Made by a program: the position numbers and the translations under genes. Positions 1-9,900 of a DNA stretch of 64,000 nt are shown in pieces; position 1 is the first letter of the stretch; the number at the start of each line of letters is the position of its first letter. Under the pieces are notes generated by a model, which saw only the letters and a program-made list of their open reading frames with translations, was not told the origin of the DNA and ran no database searches. The DNA comes from Pirellulales bacterium (GTDB lineage Bacteria > Planctomycetota > Planctomycetia > Pirellulales > JBFWUW01), in contig JBFWUW010000037.1 in assembly GCA_050247075.1 (NCBI GenBank), positions 1 to 64,000 of the forward strand. The letters run 5' to 3'.

Positions 1-2
1 TC

Positions 3-110
3 ACCATGCTCAAGCGTCATCCCATCAAAGACAGCCTCCGCGGCAAGATGATCGGTTGTATGCTCAACACCAAGCTTCTTACGGAAGTTCTTGCCCTGCA
101 ACAAGATTGA
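3..110 (+). CDS. 3' end of an ORF truncated by the window edge (product unknown)
   Basis: Frame 3 reads ...TMLKRHPIKDSLRGKMIGCMLNTKLLTEVLALQQD and stops at TGA 108-110. There is no start inside the window and no family was recognised. Confidence 0.2.
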   Translation, partial: TMLKRHPIKDSLRGKMIGCMLNTKLLTEVLALQQD

Positions 111-864
111 TATGCGCTGACCGTGCCCTGCCGTCTACACGCACTCGGCAGAACGGCAAAGCATTGACGATTTCCAATAGTGAGACTCGAGATACACATA
201 TCGGTTCAGAAAGAATCTCTGATGAGGAGCTTAGCCGTGTGCCAGGATCGCGAGAACGCGGCTTTCGCGAGGCAAACAGCGCTAGCGGTTTCTTGGAGTA
301 CTGTTTGACAGCCGTAGCAGCGCTGTGGCCTAAGTTGCTTGAGTGGTTTCAATTGTTTCCAACGGCTACCACCTTTCCACGGCTGCGGCCAGTCTCTCCC
401 ATTGGCGGTCTCTATCCCTTCGACATTCCGAAAGGGGCCGGCGCGCATCATTCGGCGAATACATGACGACATCGCGCGCCAAGAAGCTGGTTCTGACAAT
501 CGCTGGCCATCGCGGGTATGTGTCTGGCCCACTGGCGGTGCCGGGCAGAATGAATCGAACATTCGATTTGCCCTTACCAGACAGCGCGGTCTGATTGGCG
601 GCTATTCGCTGGGTGTTGACCTTGAAACGATCGGTCGAATCGTGCGAGATGCCGCAGGCAGTGGCTGGTTCAGGGGGCCAAGCTTCGCTGGCGGCTTGAA
701 AGTCGTCTACCGCTTGCCGTGACTATCTGGCCAAACCTGACTATTACCCGACGCTGATCGCTAGAATCGTGGCGCTGCTGGCACGCACGCCACTTTGGCC
801 CTCGGGGCAATTTTCGCCAACGGCATGCTAACCACTAACTGCGACACTTCCGCAGGGCGTTCGA

Positions 865-1310
865 GTGAGTTACCGGTACCGCGCCAAGTGCTTCCGCAAA
901 AGGGGATACTTGGCCAACTGTCGAAGAACAACGGTACTAGCATTGGATGGGGGGGCGACCGCCACGCCGATTTGCCTCTTGGTTGCCTGCTGTTCGAAAC
1001 GGTGGAAGCAATCCTGGCTCACAAAGAGACTTGGCCCGACGAATCGCCCGTGGATGGAACCATTGGCTACGAAAGCTTGAATTCCGACAAGGGGCTGTTT
1101 GTCGATTCCTCCAGCCAACGAGCGTTCTGCGCCCGCTTTGTCGGCGAGCCGCTCGATCTCAAGGAAATTGCCCACCAAAGCAAACGGCTCGCTGGCCACA
1201 TGAACATGGCCAGCGAGCAGAGTCTATTGGGTCTGGTTATCTTGATCTCATGTGGCCCGTGGGCCGAACAGTTGGACAGTGGCGGAACTGGCTTGCGGGT
1301 GAGCTGCTAG
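865..1310 (+). pseudogene. treY-like (malto-oligosyltrehalose synthase) internal fragment, frameshifted and truncated
   Basis: The 795-1310 frame encodes ...LFETVEAILAHKETWPDESPVDGTIGYESLN...IAHQSKRLAGH, which resembles the conserved VVEKILEHGE..WPVDGTTGYD...SKRL block of TreY. The preceding GYLANCRRTT piece, which matches the TreY PGAYLRRLRAAA block, lies in the 865-1080 frame. The frame switch coincides with a run of about 7 G at ~946-956. The flanking ~350 aa and ~400 aa of a full TreY are absent. Confidence 0.35.
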
Positions 1311-2365
1311 CGGACGATGATATCATCGACCACTTGCGTGTCTCCTTCGCGGATCACAAAGAACTGCACCTTCTTCTTCTTGCCTTCGACCAACACCAAC
1401 TTGCGAGCGCTGGCTGGCTTGGCCTCATGCACGGTGGCGTCTTCCAGCGCTTCTTTGAGCTTTTCCAGGCCTTTTGCATCGTTATCGCCCAACTTGATCG
1501 CGGCAGCCAAGCCCTTGGCCCTTCTACTCGTCAAGTCGCTGACCGTGCTGATGTCGCCCGCCAAAACGGCCTCGACCACGCGCTGCACCACAAACTCGGG
1601 CGACTCTTCGTCAAACTTCTTGCCATTGGCCGTCTTGACACTAGATCCGCCTGAAGCTGTCGCTGCACCGCCGGCTGCGGGAGCGCCACCAGGAGCAGCA
1701 GCCGGTGCAGCACCAGGAGCAGCGCCCGGAGCGGCGACCGGGGGAGCACCCGGTACATCACCCGCAGGAGCGCCTGCTACGGCACCCGGAGCAGCCCCAG
1801 CGGGAGCGCCCGCAACAGCACCCGGTGGAGTGCCAGCAACAGCGCCGGGTACCGCGCCGGCGGGAGTACCGGGTACATCGCCCGGAGGAGTGCCTGGTAC
1901 AGCGCCCGGTACCGCACCTGCGGGAGCGCCCGGAATGGCACCCGGTGGAGTGCCAGGAACAGCGCCCGGAACGGTACCTGCGGGAGCACCGGGGATTGAA
2001 CCCGGAACAGCGCCTGGTGCGGCGCCTGCGGGAGCTCCTGGGATTGAACCTGGAGCAGCACCCGCGGGAGCGCCTGGGACTGAGCCCGGAACAGCGCCAG
2101 GTGCGGCACCCGCGGGAGCGCCTGGGATTGAGCCGGGAGCCGCGCCCGGTGCCGTACTGGCTGGCGCGGCCGCGGGAGCCGACGCACTGCCAGCCGCCGG
2201 CTGAGTGCTGCTTGGTGCCGCGGCGGGAGCCGAGGAAGGGGCATTCTGCGCCACGGTGGCGGGGCTGTCTGATGAAGCAGCGGGCGGGCTGCTATCGGAG
2301 CCGCCGCAACCAGACATCGAGCATACAGCCAGCAGGCAGGCACAGGTCCAAACGGTTCGCGACAT
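1307..2365 (-). CDS. secreted lipoprotein with long Pro/Ala/Gly tandem-repeat region and a C-terminal globular domain
   Basis: An internal ATG at 2365 gives the N-terminus MSRTVWTCACLLAVCSMSGCGG, a signal peptide plus lipobox-like SGC. It is followed by ~170 aa of (A/V/I)PG(A/S)xPG repeats. The 5' extension in the track is unlikely to be real. Confidence 0.6.
   Translation of the reverse strand: MSRTVWTCACLLAVCSMSGCGGSDSSPPAASSDSPATVAQNAPSSAPAAAPSSTQPAAGSASAPAAAPASTAPGAAPGSIPGAPAGAAPGAVPGSVPGAPAGAAPGSIPGAPAGAAPGAVPGSIPGAPAGTVPGAVPGTPPGAIPGAPAGAVPGAVPGTPPGDVPGTPAGAVPGAVAGTPPGAVAGAPAGAAPGAVAGAPAGDVPGAPPVAAPGAAPGAAPAAAPGGAPAAGGAATASGGSSVKTANGKKFDEESPEFVVQRVVEAVLAGDISTVSDLTSRRAKGLAAAIKLGDNDAKGLEKLKEALEDATVHEAKPASARKLVLVEGKKKKVQFFVIREGDTQVVDDIIVR
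1630..2152 (-). repeat. imperfect in-frame tandem repeats (~36-48 nt units) encoding APGAAPGAVPGS(I/V)PG-type repeats
   Basis: Reiterated GCGCCCGGNGC / GGAGC(G/A)CCTGG blocks are visible at the nucleotide level. The same periodicity appears in the antisense shadow ORF 1317..2204. Confidence 0.7.
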
Positions 2366-2603
2366 GATCAACTCCAGTGGTAAGTAACTAGTCGCCGGCA
2401 ACTCTTGGGTTGCACTCGCATCTAGAATTAGCAGCGCGGCGGGAAGGTCGTCCACGCATTTTGCCCGTTCGAGGCCATTTTCACAAGCGAAATCACGGTA
2501 ACACGCCCGCTTTTAGCCCCTTGAGTCCCAGCCGCGAAAGCCCTAATTTAACGCTTCGCAACACCTTTTTCCCGGCCAGTCCGAAAACCAAAAGTCTCTG
2601 CCC

Positions 2604-3725
2604 ATGCCTGCTTCCAGCCGAAAACCGCCCATCCGCATTGCCATCATCGGAGCTGGCGCGGTCAGCGACTACCACCATGTGCCCGGCATCCGGCTCGATC
2701 CGCGGGCCACCTTGGCGGCCGTTTGCGACACCAACCCCGCTTTGCTGGCGCAGCGCCGGCAAGACTGGCAAATCGATAAGGCCTTTGCCGATCCGTTGGC
2801 CTGCGCGGTCGATCCCGACATCGACGCCGTCATCATCGCCACGCCCAACTTTACGCATCACCCCATTGCCGTGGCCGCCGCCAAGGCCGGCAAGCATGTC
2901 ATGTGCGAGAAGCCGCTGGGCCTGTCGGCCGAACAGGTCCGCCAGATGTACGTCGCCGCGCGCGACGCCGGCGTGGTCCATATGACCGCCTTCACCTATC
3001 GCTTTGCCCCCTCGATGCGTTATCTGCGGCATCTCCTCAAGGCTGGGCAGCTCGGCCAGCCCCGTCACTTTCGTTCGCAGCGTTTCTTGGACTGGCCCGA
3101 GACAAGTTGGAGCTGGCGGCAATACAAGGACACGGCCGGTGCCGGCGACCTGTTCGACATGACCATCCATCGCATCGACTTCGCCCTCGACCTGATGGGT
3201 CCCTTGAAGAGCGTATCCGGGGCGGTTGCCCAATTCGTGCCGCGCGACAAGAACCCGGACGGCACCCCTTGCAAGCCGTCGGAGGTCGACGATTGGTCGT
3301 GCCTGATTGGCGAGTTTGAATCCGGGGCGGTCGGCGTGTGGGAAGGAACAACACTGGCCAAGGGATACGGCCTGTCGGGCTTTGGCCACGAATGGGCAGA
3401 GGTCAATGGGTCGGAAGGCTCGGCCGTCTACCGCCTGCACGAGCCCAACACCATCTTGCTGGGCAAAACGGGCCAAGACCTGGCCCCGGTCGATGTCCCC
3501 AGCGAGTTCCTCAAACCGGCCGGCAGCCCGCGCGACCCCAGCCAAGGCAAACCGGCCACGGTCTTCCGCTACGACCTGGTGTGGGAATTTGTCTCAGCCA
3601 TTGTGGAAGGACGTCAGGCGGTCCCCAGCTTTTGGGATGGCCTCAACGCCCAATTGGTCGCCGACGCCGTCCTCAAGTCACACGCCGAGCGCCGCTGGAT
3701 CGACGCGCCGAACGACCCGGTATAG
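2604..3725 (+). CDS. Gfo/Idh/MocA family NAD(P)-dependent oxidoreductase
   Basis: N-terminal Rossmann motif IAIIGAGAVSDYH and EKP motif (MCEKPLGLS). Length 373 aa. Confidence 0.85.
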   Translation: MPASSRKPPIRIAIIGAGAVSDYHHVPGIRLDPRATLAAVCDTNPALLAQRRQDWQIDKAFADPLACAVDPDIDAVIIATPNFTHHPIAVAAAKAGKHVMCEKPLGLSAEQVRQMYVAARDAGVVHMTAFTYRFAPSMRYLRHLLKAGQLGQPRHFRSQRFLDWPETSWSWRQYKDTAGAGDLFDMTIHRIDFALDLMGPLKSVSGAVAQFVPRDKNPDGTPCKPSEVDDWSCLIGEFESGAVGVWEGTTLAKGYGLSGFGHEWAEVNGSEGSAVYRLHEPNTILLGKTGQDLAPVDVPSEFLKPAGSPRDPSQGKPATVFRYDLVWEFVSAIVEGRQAVPSFWDGLNAQLVADAVLKSHAERRWIDAPNDPV

Positions 3726-3744
3726 GAGAGTTGTTGGCGGTGCC

Positions 3745-6700
3745 TCAACTCCCTTTTTCCGCGGGTGGGGCAAAGCCGCGGCGCATGGTGTTTTCCGTAA
3801 TGGTGCGGGGGATGGTGAATTGCAGGAGGTAGTCGGGGCCGCCTGCCTGGCTGCCGATGCCGGACATTTTAAAGCCGCCGAACGGCTGCCGCCCGACGAG
3901 TGCGCCGGTGGTGGGGCGGTTGATGTACAGGTTGCCTACCTGGAATTCCTCGCGAACGCGGTCCAGATTGGCCGGGCTGCGCGAGAAGATGCCGCCGGTA
4001 AGCGCGTATTCGGTGCCGTTGGCAACCGCCAGGGCTTCGTCCAGGTCTTGGGCTTTGATGACGGCCAACACGGGACCAAAAATTTCCTCCTGGGCGATGC
4101 GGGCGGTCGGCGGCACATCGGCAAAAATGTGCGGGCCAATGTAGTAGCCTTGCTCGGCCAAGGGACCGGCCGAAACGGCCAGCACCTCGCGCCCTTCGCC
4201 GCGGCCGATCTCGGTGTATTTGAGAACTCGATCGTAAGATTCCTGGTCGATCACCGGGCCGACGCTGCTGGCGGGGTCTTCGGCGGGGCCAAGTTGAAGG
4301 CTCCGCGTGGCTTCGATTAGCCGTTTGAGGAACGGCTCGTAAACGCCCGCCAGCACGATACAACGGGAGCAGGCGGAACATTTTTGGCCTTGGTAGCCAA
4401 AGGCACTCTTGACCACGCCTAGCACGGCCTCGTCCAGGTCGGCGTCGTCATCGACGATGATGGCGTTTTTGCCTCCCATCTCGGCGATCACCCGCTTCAC
4501 GCCGCGATGCGACTTTTGGGAAACGACCGCCGCCTGGGCGTTGATGGCCAACCCCACGGCCCGCGACCCGGTAAAGGCAATCAGGGCCACATCGGGATGA
4601 TCGACCAGCGCCGCGCCGACGACCTCGCCCCGGCCCGGCAAATAGTTTAGCACGCCAGGGGGCAGGCCAACCTGCCGAAAGATATCCATCAGTTGGTTGG
4701 CTACCACGGGCGATTGCTCGGCGGGCTTCATCACGACGGTATTACCTGTCACCAGGGCGGCGGTCGTCATCCCCGTCAGGATGGCCAGTGGAAAATTCCA
4801 GGGGGCAATGACCGCCGCCACGCCGCGCGGGCGGTAGAGCATGCGGTTTTCCTCGCCTGGCACGTCAACCTGGCGCCCCTGCAAATGACAGGCGGCGGCC
4901 GCGTAATACTCGCAGAAGTCGATGGCCTCGCAGACATCGCCATCGGCCTCGCGCCAAGTCTTGCCGCATTCCACGACTTGCCAGGCCGCCAGCTCAAAGC
5001 GTTGCTGGCGCATGGCTGCCGCCGCCTGACGCAAGAATTCGGCCCGCTCTTCCACCGGTCGGGTTGCCCAGGCCGGCCAGGCGTTACTGGCGGCGGCCAC
5101 GGCTTGCTCGACATGGGGCAACTCGGCCGACGCGGCGGTCCCCACGCGCTGCGCCTTGTAGGATGGATTGTGCGAGGCCAGCCGCTGGTCGGTGTCGATC
5201 TCTTGGCCGTCAATAAAAAGCGGGCAAAACTCATCGATACTGCCCATGACTTCCACGATCGCCGCCGCCATGCCCCGGCGGTTTTCCTCCTGGGAAAAAT
5301 CCAACGGCGGCTCGTTAGAAAACGCCGCCACATCTTGAATAGTGCCTGCGGTGTCATTCGTCATTGGACCATCCTCATTCGGCGTTTCCCCTTCCTCCGG
5401 CTTCCGCAACAAAACTTCCGTGTCAACTTGGTCGGCAAAGCTGGCGCGCAAGAAGGAGTCGTTGGAGGTGTTCTCCAGCAGCCGCCGCACCAAATAGGCC
5501 ATGCCGGGAATCAATTCGCCGTAAGGCATGTAGATCCGCAGCCGGTGGCCCATCTTGACCAAGGTGTCTTTCTCGGCATCGGCCATGCCGTACAGCATTT
5601 GCAGCTCGTAGCCTGGCGGCGGCAGGCCAACTTGCCGGGCCGCGGCAATGCCATGGGCCAGCGAGCGAATGTTGTGGCTGGCCAAGGCGGGTCGCAAGTG
5701 CTGGTGATTTCGCATCAGGAAGCGAGTACAGAGCTCGTAACAGGCGTCCGATTGCCACTTCTGTTGATAGACCGGCACCGGCCAGCCAACCTGTTGCGCG
5801 TGGACCGTTTCGTAGTCCCAATAGGCTCCCTTTACGAGCCGCACCCACACCGAGTGTTTTCTCTTGGCGGCCCAGTCGCGCAGTACCAGCAGATCGCGCT
5901 GGGCATCACGCAGGTAGCATTGAATGACAATGCCAACATCTTGCCAGTCGCGGAATTCTTCCTCCAACAGCACCTGTTGAAAAATGGCTAAAGTAGTCGC
6001 CTTGGTCTTGTACGATTCCATATCGACATGCACGTAGGCCCTCTGCTGCCGCGCCGCGCGAAAGATCGGCCGCAACCGGGCCAACACGCGATTGGCCGTG
6101 CCGGCCTGGTCGATGCAGTCGAACTGGCTGTCGAGGGCTGAGAGCTTGATCGACAAGTTAAAACGTGGCAGCTCGGTGAACAGGCCGCGGTCGATCTGTG
6201 GATCCTCGGGCCAGGTGTTAACCGTGGGGGCCACGTTTTGAATCAGGTTCAGGCACTCGTCCGCGTAGCGGTCGGCCTCGCAGTCACTGGTCACCGCTTC
6301 GCCCAAGATATCGAGCGTAAAGGCCTGCCGCGCTTTTCGCACGCGCTTGACCGCCGCCAGGACTTCCTCGGTATTAGTGCCGGCGATAAAGCGCCGGGCG
6401 TGGCTCATGGCATTTCGCCGCGCGGCGATGGCCAATGCCCGACCCGCCACCGAACGGGGCGTGGCCACGGCCAGCCCAAGCCGCACGGCGGCCGGCAGAT
6501 GGCGGTCCACCTCGTGAAAATACTCGTGCAGGTGCCGCGTGACCGATTCACTGGTCGAAAGCATCGGCAGCACGTCAATAAAGCGAAACATCTGCACCTT
6601 AACCGATTCGTCCTGCATGGCCCAGGCCATGATGCGGTCGTCCCACCAACGGCGCTGCAAGATGCCAGGCTGGCGATGCCCCAAATGGTCGAAGATATAG

Positions 6701-6774
6701 CGGCCAACTTCCTGGGTTGTCCGCTCCACCGCGGCTAGTTCCCTCTCCGGCAGATCGTCGAGCAACTTGTTCAC
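3745..6774 (-). CDS. putA: bifunctional proline dehydrogenase / L-glutamate-gamma-semialdehyde (P5C) dehydrogenase PutA
   Basis: 1009 aa. A proline dehydrogenase TIM-barrel region (..FNLSIKLSALD..) is followed by an aldehyde dehydrogenase domain with FTGSRAVG, EMGGKNAIIVDDDADLDEAV and catalytic Cys in QGQKCSACSRCIV. It converges on the upstream oxidoreductase gene. Confidence 0.85.
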   Translation of the reverse strand: MNKLLDDLPERELAAVERTTQEVGRYIFDHLGHRQPGILQRRWWDDRIMAWAMQDESVKVQMFRFIDVLPMLSTSESVTRHLHEYFHEVDRHLPAAVRLGLAVATPRSVAGRALAIAARRNAMSHARRFIAGTNTEEVLAAVKRVRKARQAFTLDILGEAVTSDCEADRYADECLNLIQNVAPTVNTWPEDPQIDRGLFTELPRFNLSIKLSALDSQFDCIDQAGTANRVLARLRPIFRAARQQRAYVHVDMESYKTKATTLAIFQQVLLEEEFRDWQDVGIVIQCYLRDAQRDLLVLRDWAAKRKHSVWVRLVKGAYWDYETVHAQQVGWPVPVYQQKWQSDACYELCTRFLMRNHQHLRPALASHNIRSLAHGIAAARQVGLPPPGYELQMLYGMADAEKDTLVKMGHRLRIYMPYGELIPGMAYLVRRLLENTSNDSFLRASFADQVDTEVLLRKPEEGETPNEDGPMTNDTAGTIQDVAAFSNEPPLDFSQEENRRGMAAAIVEVMGSIDEFCPLFIDGQEIDTDQRLASHNPSYKAQRVGTAASAELPHVEQAVAAASNAWPAWATRPVEERAEFLRQAAAAMRQQRFELAAWQVVECGKTWREADGDVCEAIDFCEYYAAAACHLQGRQVDVPGEENRMLYRPRGVAAVIAPWNFPLAILTGMTTAALVTGNTVVMKPAEQSPVVANQLMDIFRQVGLPPGVLNYLPGRGEVVGAALVDHPDVALIAFTGSRAVGLAINAQAAVVSQKSHRGVKRVIAEMGGKNAIIVDDDADLDEAVLGVVKSAFGYQGQKCSACSRCIVLAGVYEPFLKRLIEATRSLQLGPAEDPASSVGPVIDQESYDRVLKYTEIGRGEGREVLAVSAGPLAEQGYYIGPHIFADVPPTARIAQEEIFGPVLAVIKAQDLDEALAVANGTEYALTGGIFSRSPANLDRVREEFQVGNLYINRPTTGALVGRQPFGGFKMSGIGSQAGGPDYLLQFTIPRTITENTMRRGFAPPAEKGS

Positions 6775-6980
6775 GGGCCACGTGCCAAGGGTGAAAAACG
6801 AGAGCTATCGCCGCACTTGCATCGTACGGCGGTGCCGGCGTACGTCAACGGCGGCTTGTAGTTTGCGGTAGGGGGGATGAGAATGGAGGAAGGAGTTTCG
6901 ATTTTGGATTTTTGATTTGCGATTGGCTGTCGATATTGGTCGGTTGATACTTTTCCCTTATTTCGCCTGATTGTTCGCCC
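6775..6980. promoter_or_regulatory. divergent promoter region between putA and the PSCyt/PSD gene, AT-rich with reiterated GATTT motifs
   Basis: The sequence ggattttggatttttgatttgcgattggctgtcgatattggtcggttgat is unusually AT-rich for this genome and lies between two divergently transcribed genes. Confidence 0.3.
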
Positions 6981-9900
6981 ATGCTTTCATTGAGACAGTA
7001 CGCTGTTGTTGGTTGGTTGATATTCCTGGTAGCGGGGAGGGTAGGCGCTGCCGAGCCGGCGAGTGAGTCGACGGAAGCGTTCGAACGGCTGGGGAAGCAG
7101 TACGATAGCGATGTTCGTCCGCTGCTCAAGCAGTTCTGCTTGGATTGCCACTCCAGCGATAAGCCCGAGGGGGAGTTGGATCTGGAAAGGTTTGCCACGC
7201 TGGCCGATGTTCGCACCGACACCAAGGTTTGGCTCAAAGCGGCCGAAATGTTAGACAACGGCGAAATGCCACCTAAGGGTTCCGCACAGCCATTGTCGCA
7301 ACAACGCCAGTCGTTGCGAAATTGGATCGCCGAGTACCTGGACGCCGAGGCCTTGGCCAGCGCCGGCGACCCGGGCCCCGTCGTGTTGCGGCGGCTGAAC
7401 AATGCCGAGTACACCTACACCGTCCGCGATTTGACCGCGGCCGAACTCTCGCCTGCCCGTGAGTTTCCCAGCGACAGCGCGGCGGGCGAAGGCTTCACCA
7501 ACACCGGCAGCGCCTTGGTCATGTCGCCAGCGCTATTGACCAAATATCTGGATGCCGGCAAGGATATCGCCAGCCATGCCGTGCTGTTGCCCGATGGCTT
7601 CCGTTTTTCCCATTCGGCCAACCGCAACGACTGGATCAACGATATTCTGGCCCAGATTCGGCAACTGTACTTTGAACAGACCGACTCCGCTGGCGGCACG
7701 CGGGTGAATCTGCAAGGGATCGTTTTTGACACCAACGGTGGCGGACGGTTGCCGGTGGCGGCTTATCTGCAAGCCACCTTGGCCGAACGTGATGCGCTGG
7801 CCGCTGGAAGCAAAACAACTGGGGATGTTGCCAAGGAACGCGGACTCAGCCCCAAATACCTGGCGGCGTTGTGGGGGATGCTCAACGAAAAGGAGGGTTC
7901 GCTGCTGTTGGACCGTGTGCGGCAACGCTGGAAGTTGGCCCGGCCGGAAGATGCCGAAGCACTGGCCGCTGAGATTGCCGTTTGGCAAAACGCCCTGACG
8001 CGGTTTCAGAGTGTAGGGCACATGAAGCCCTGGATGACACCCGCCGCGCCGCTAACGGCCCAGCAAGAGATTCGCTACAAGCTGCCGGCGGACGCCGCTG
8101 GCGATGTCGTTTTTTATCTGACAGCCCTTGAGGCAGGCGACGGTGCGGTGGGGGATGCGGCCTTGTGGCAACGCCCGCGGTTGGTGGCACCGGGCCGGCC
8201 CGATCTTTTGTTGCGCGACGTGCGGCGCTTTACCCGCCTGATGGCGTCGCGTCGCGGCCAGTTGTTTGCCGCCACCGCCAATTGCCTGAAGGCGGCGGCT
8301 GAAGCCAGCCTGGGCGACGCGGAAATCGACATCGCCGAATTGGCCCGGCGGCACAACACCGACGCCAGCTCGCTGCAATCGTGGCTCGATTTCCTCGGCA
8401 TCGGCCCCACGGCCACGCAAAAGCTCGACTTGTTTCAAGGCAAAATCGTCAACGCGTCGGGCTACGATTTCATCCGCGGCTGGGGATCGCACGATACGCC
8501 GCTGCTGTTGGCGAACTCCTCGGACCAACATGTGCGCGTCCCCGGCAACATGAAACCGCACGGAGTGACGGTCCACCCGTCGCCAACGTTGCAGGCCGCC
8601 GTGGGCTGGCGCAGCCCCGTATCCGCCCGGCTGCGGGTGGAAGGCAAGGTTTCGCATGCTCATCCCGAATGCGGCAACGGCATTGTCTGGTCGTTGGAAC
8701 TGCGGCGGGGTGCCGTCCGGCAACGATTGGCCAACGGTACGGCTGGCGGCAATCGGGATGCAGCCATTGGGCCAATCGAGTCGTTGGCGGTACGGCCGGG
8801 GGACCTGGTTTCGCTGCTGGTCGGTCCCCGCGATGGCAACCATGCGTGCGATTTGACGGATCTGGAGCTAACGCTCAAGAGCGACAAGCCCGACGGGCCG
8901 GCTTGGAGCCTGACGAGTGATGTCTCGCCCGACGTACAGGCCGGCAACCCGCACGCCGACCGATTGGGCAACAAGGATGTCTGGCACTTCTATACCGAGC
9001 CCGTTTCGGCAGCGTCCGCGGGGCCCGACATCCCCGCCGGATCGCTGCTGGCCCGCTGGCAGTTGGCGGATAAGGCAGACGAAAAGGCCAGCCTGGCGAA
9101 GGAACTACAAGCGTTGCTCTCCGGCCCGCCCCCCGCCGATGCCAATCATCCAGACGCGGCTCTATATCAACAGCTTGCCTCGCTAGGGGGCCCGCTGTTC
9201 GCGGCGGAATGGCAATCGTTGTTGAACAAGCCGGAGGATGCGGGAAATGATGGCCAATCGCCAGCATCCGAACCGGCGACCGACGAAGAAACCGCCGCGC
9301 CGCTGCCGGGCCTGGATCCGGCATTGTTCGGCAAGCTGCCGGACGGCAGGAGAATCGACGATGCCGATCTATGCTTTGCCGCCCCGGCATCGATGGAAAT
9401 TCGCCTGCCTGCCGACCTGGCGGCGGGGGCCGAGTTTGTCGCCGTGGGAACATTGGTGCAAACAAGCGAGAAACAGGGCAGCATTCAACTGCAAGCCGCG
9501 GGCGACAAGCCCGATGATTTGACTGCGCTGCGGCCCGACCTGCCGATTGTCGTCCGCGATGGCAGCGCAGCGCGGCAACGGTTTGAGAAAGCTTGCGACG
9601 ATTTCCGAAGTTGGTTTCCCGCCGCATTGTGCTACACCAAGATCGTGCCGGTCGATGAGGTCGTGACGCTGACGTTGTTTCATCGCGAGGATGAAGAGCT
9701 ATCGCGGCTGCTGCTGGACGACGAACAGCATGCCCGGCTGGACCGACTGTGGCAAGAACTGCACTTTATCAGTGGCGATGCCCTGACCTTGGTCGATGCC
9801 TTCGCCCAACTGCTGGAGTATGCCTCACAAGATAGCGACCCCAAACTGTTCGAACCCTTCCGCCAGCCGATCATGGACCGCGCCGCGGCTTTCCGCCAAA

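Noticed and set aside
110-860. Possible structured RNA gene (RNase P RNA, tmRNA, SRP or 6S) in the gene-free 5' region
   Set aside because: None of the conserved sequence blocks I know were found: RNase P P4 AGGAAAGUCCGG, tmRNA T-arm GGTTCGAATCC/CCA end, SRP GGAAGCAGCC. The region is more parsimoniously explained as pseudogene debris. It cannot be excluded without covariance-model scans.
1317-2367. Long plus-strand ORFs (1317..2204, 1705..2367) rich in Pro/Ala/Gly or Arg/Pro/Glu
   Set aside because: They are antisense mirror frames of the repeat-containing lipoprotein gene. The repeat periodicity and high GC keep both strands open. The minus-strand frame has the signal peptide/lipobox and a coherent domain layout.
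2493-3545. 350-aa minus-strand ORF overlapping the Gfo/Idh/MocA gene, and similar long antisense ORFs (4693..5991, 11284..12594, 25425..26459, 31969..33267, 57319..58281)
   Set aside because: Each lies opposite a gene with strong family-level motifs (EKP motif, ALDH catalytic Cys, sulfatase CxPxR, M28 motifs, CAQCH). Long shadow ORFs are expected at ~62% GC. No recognisable domains in the antisense products.
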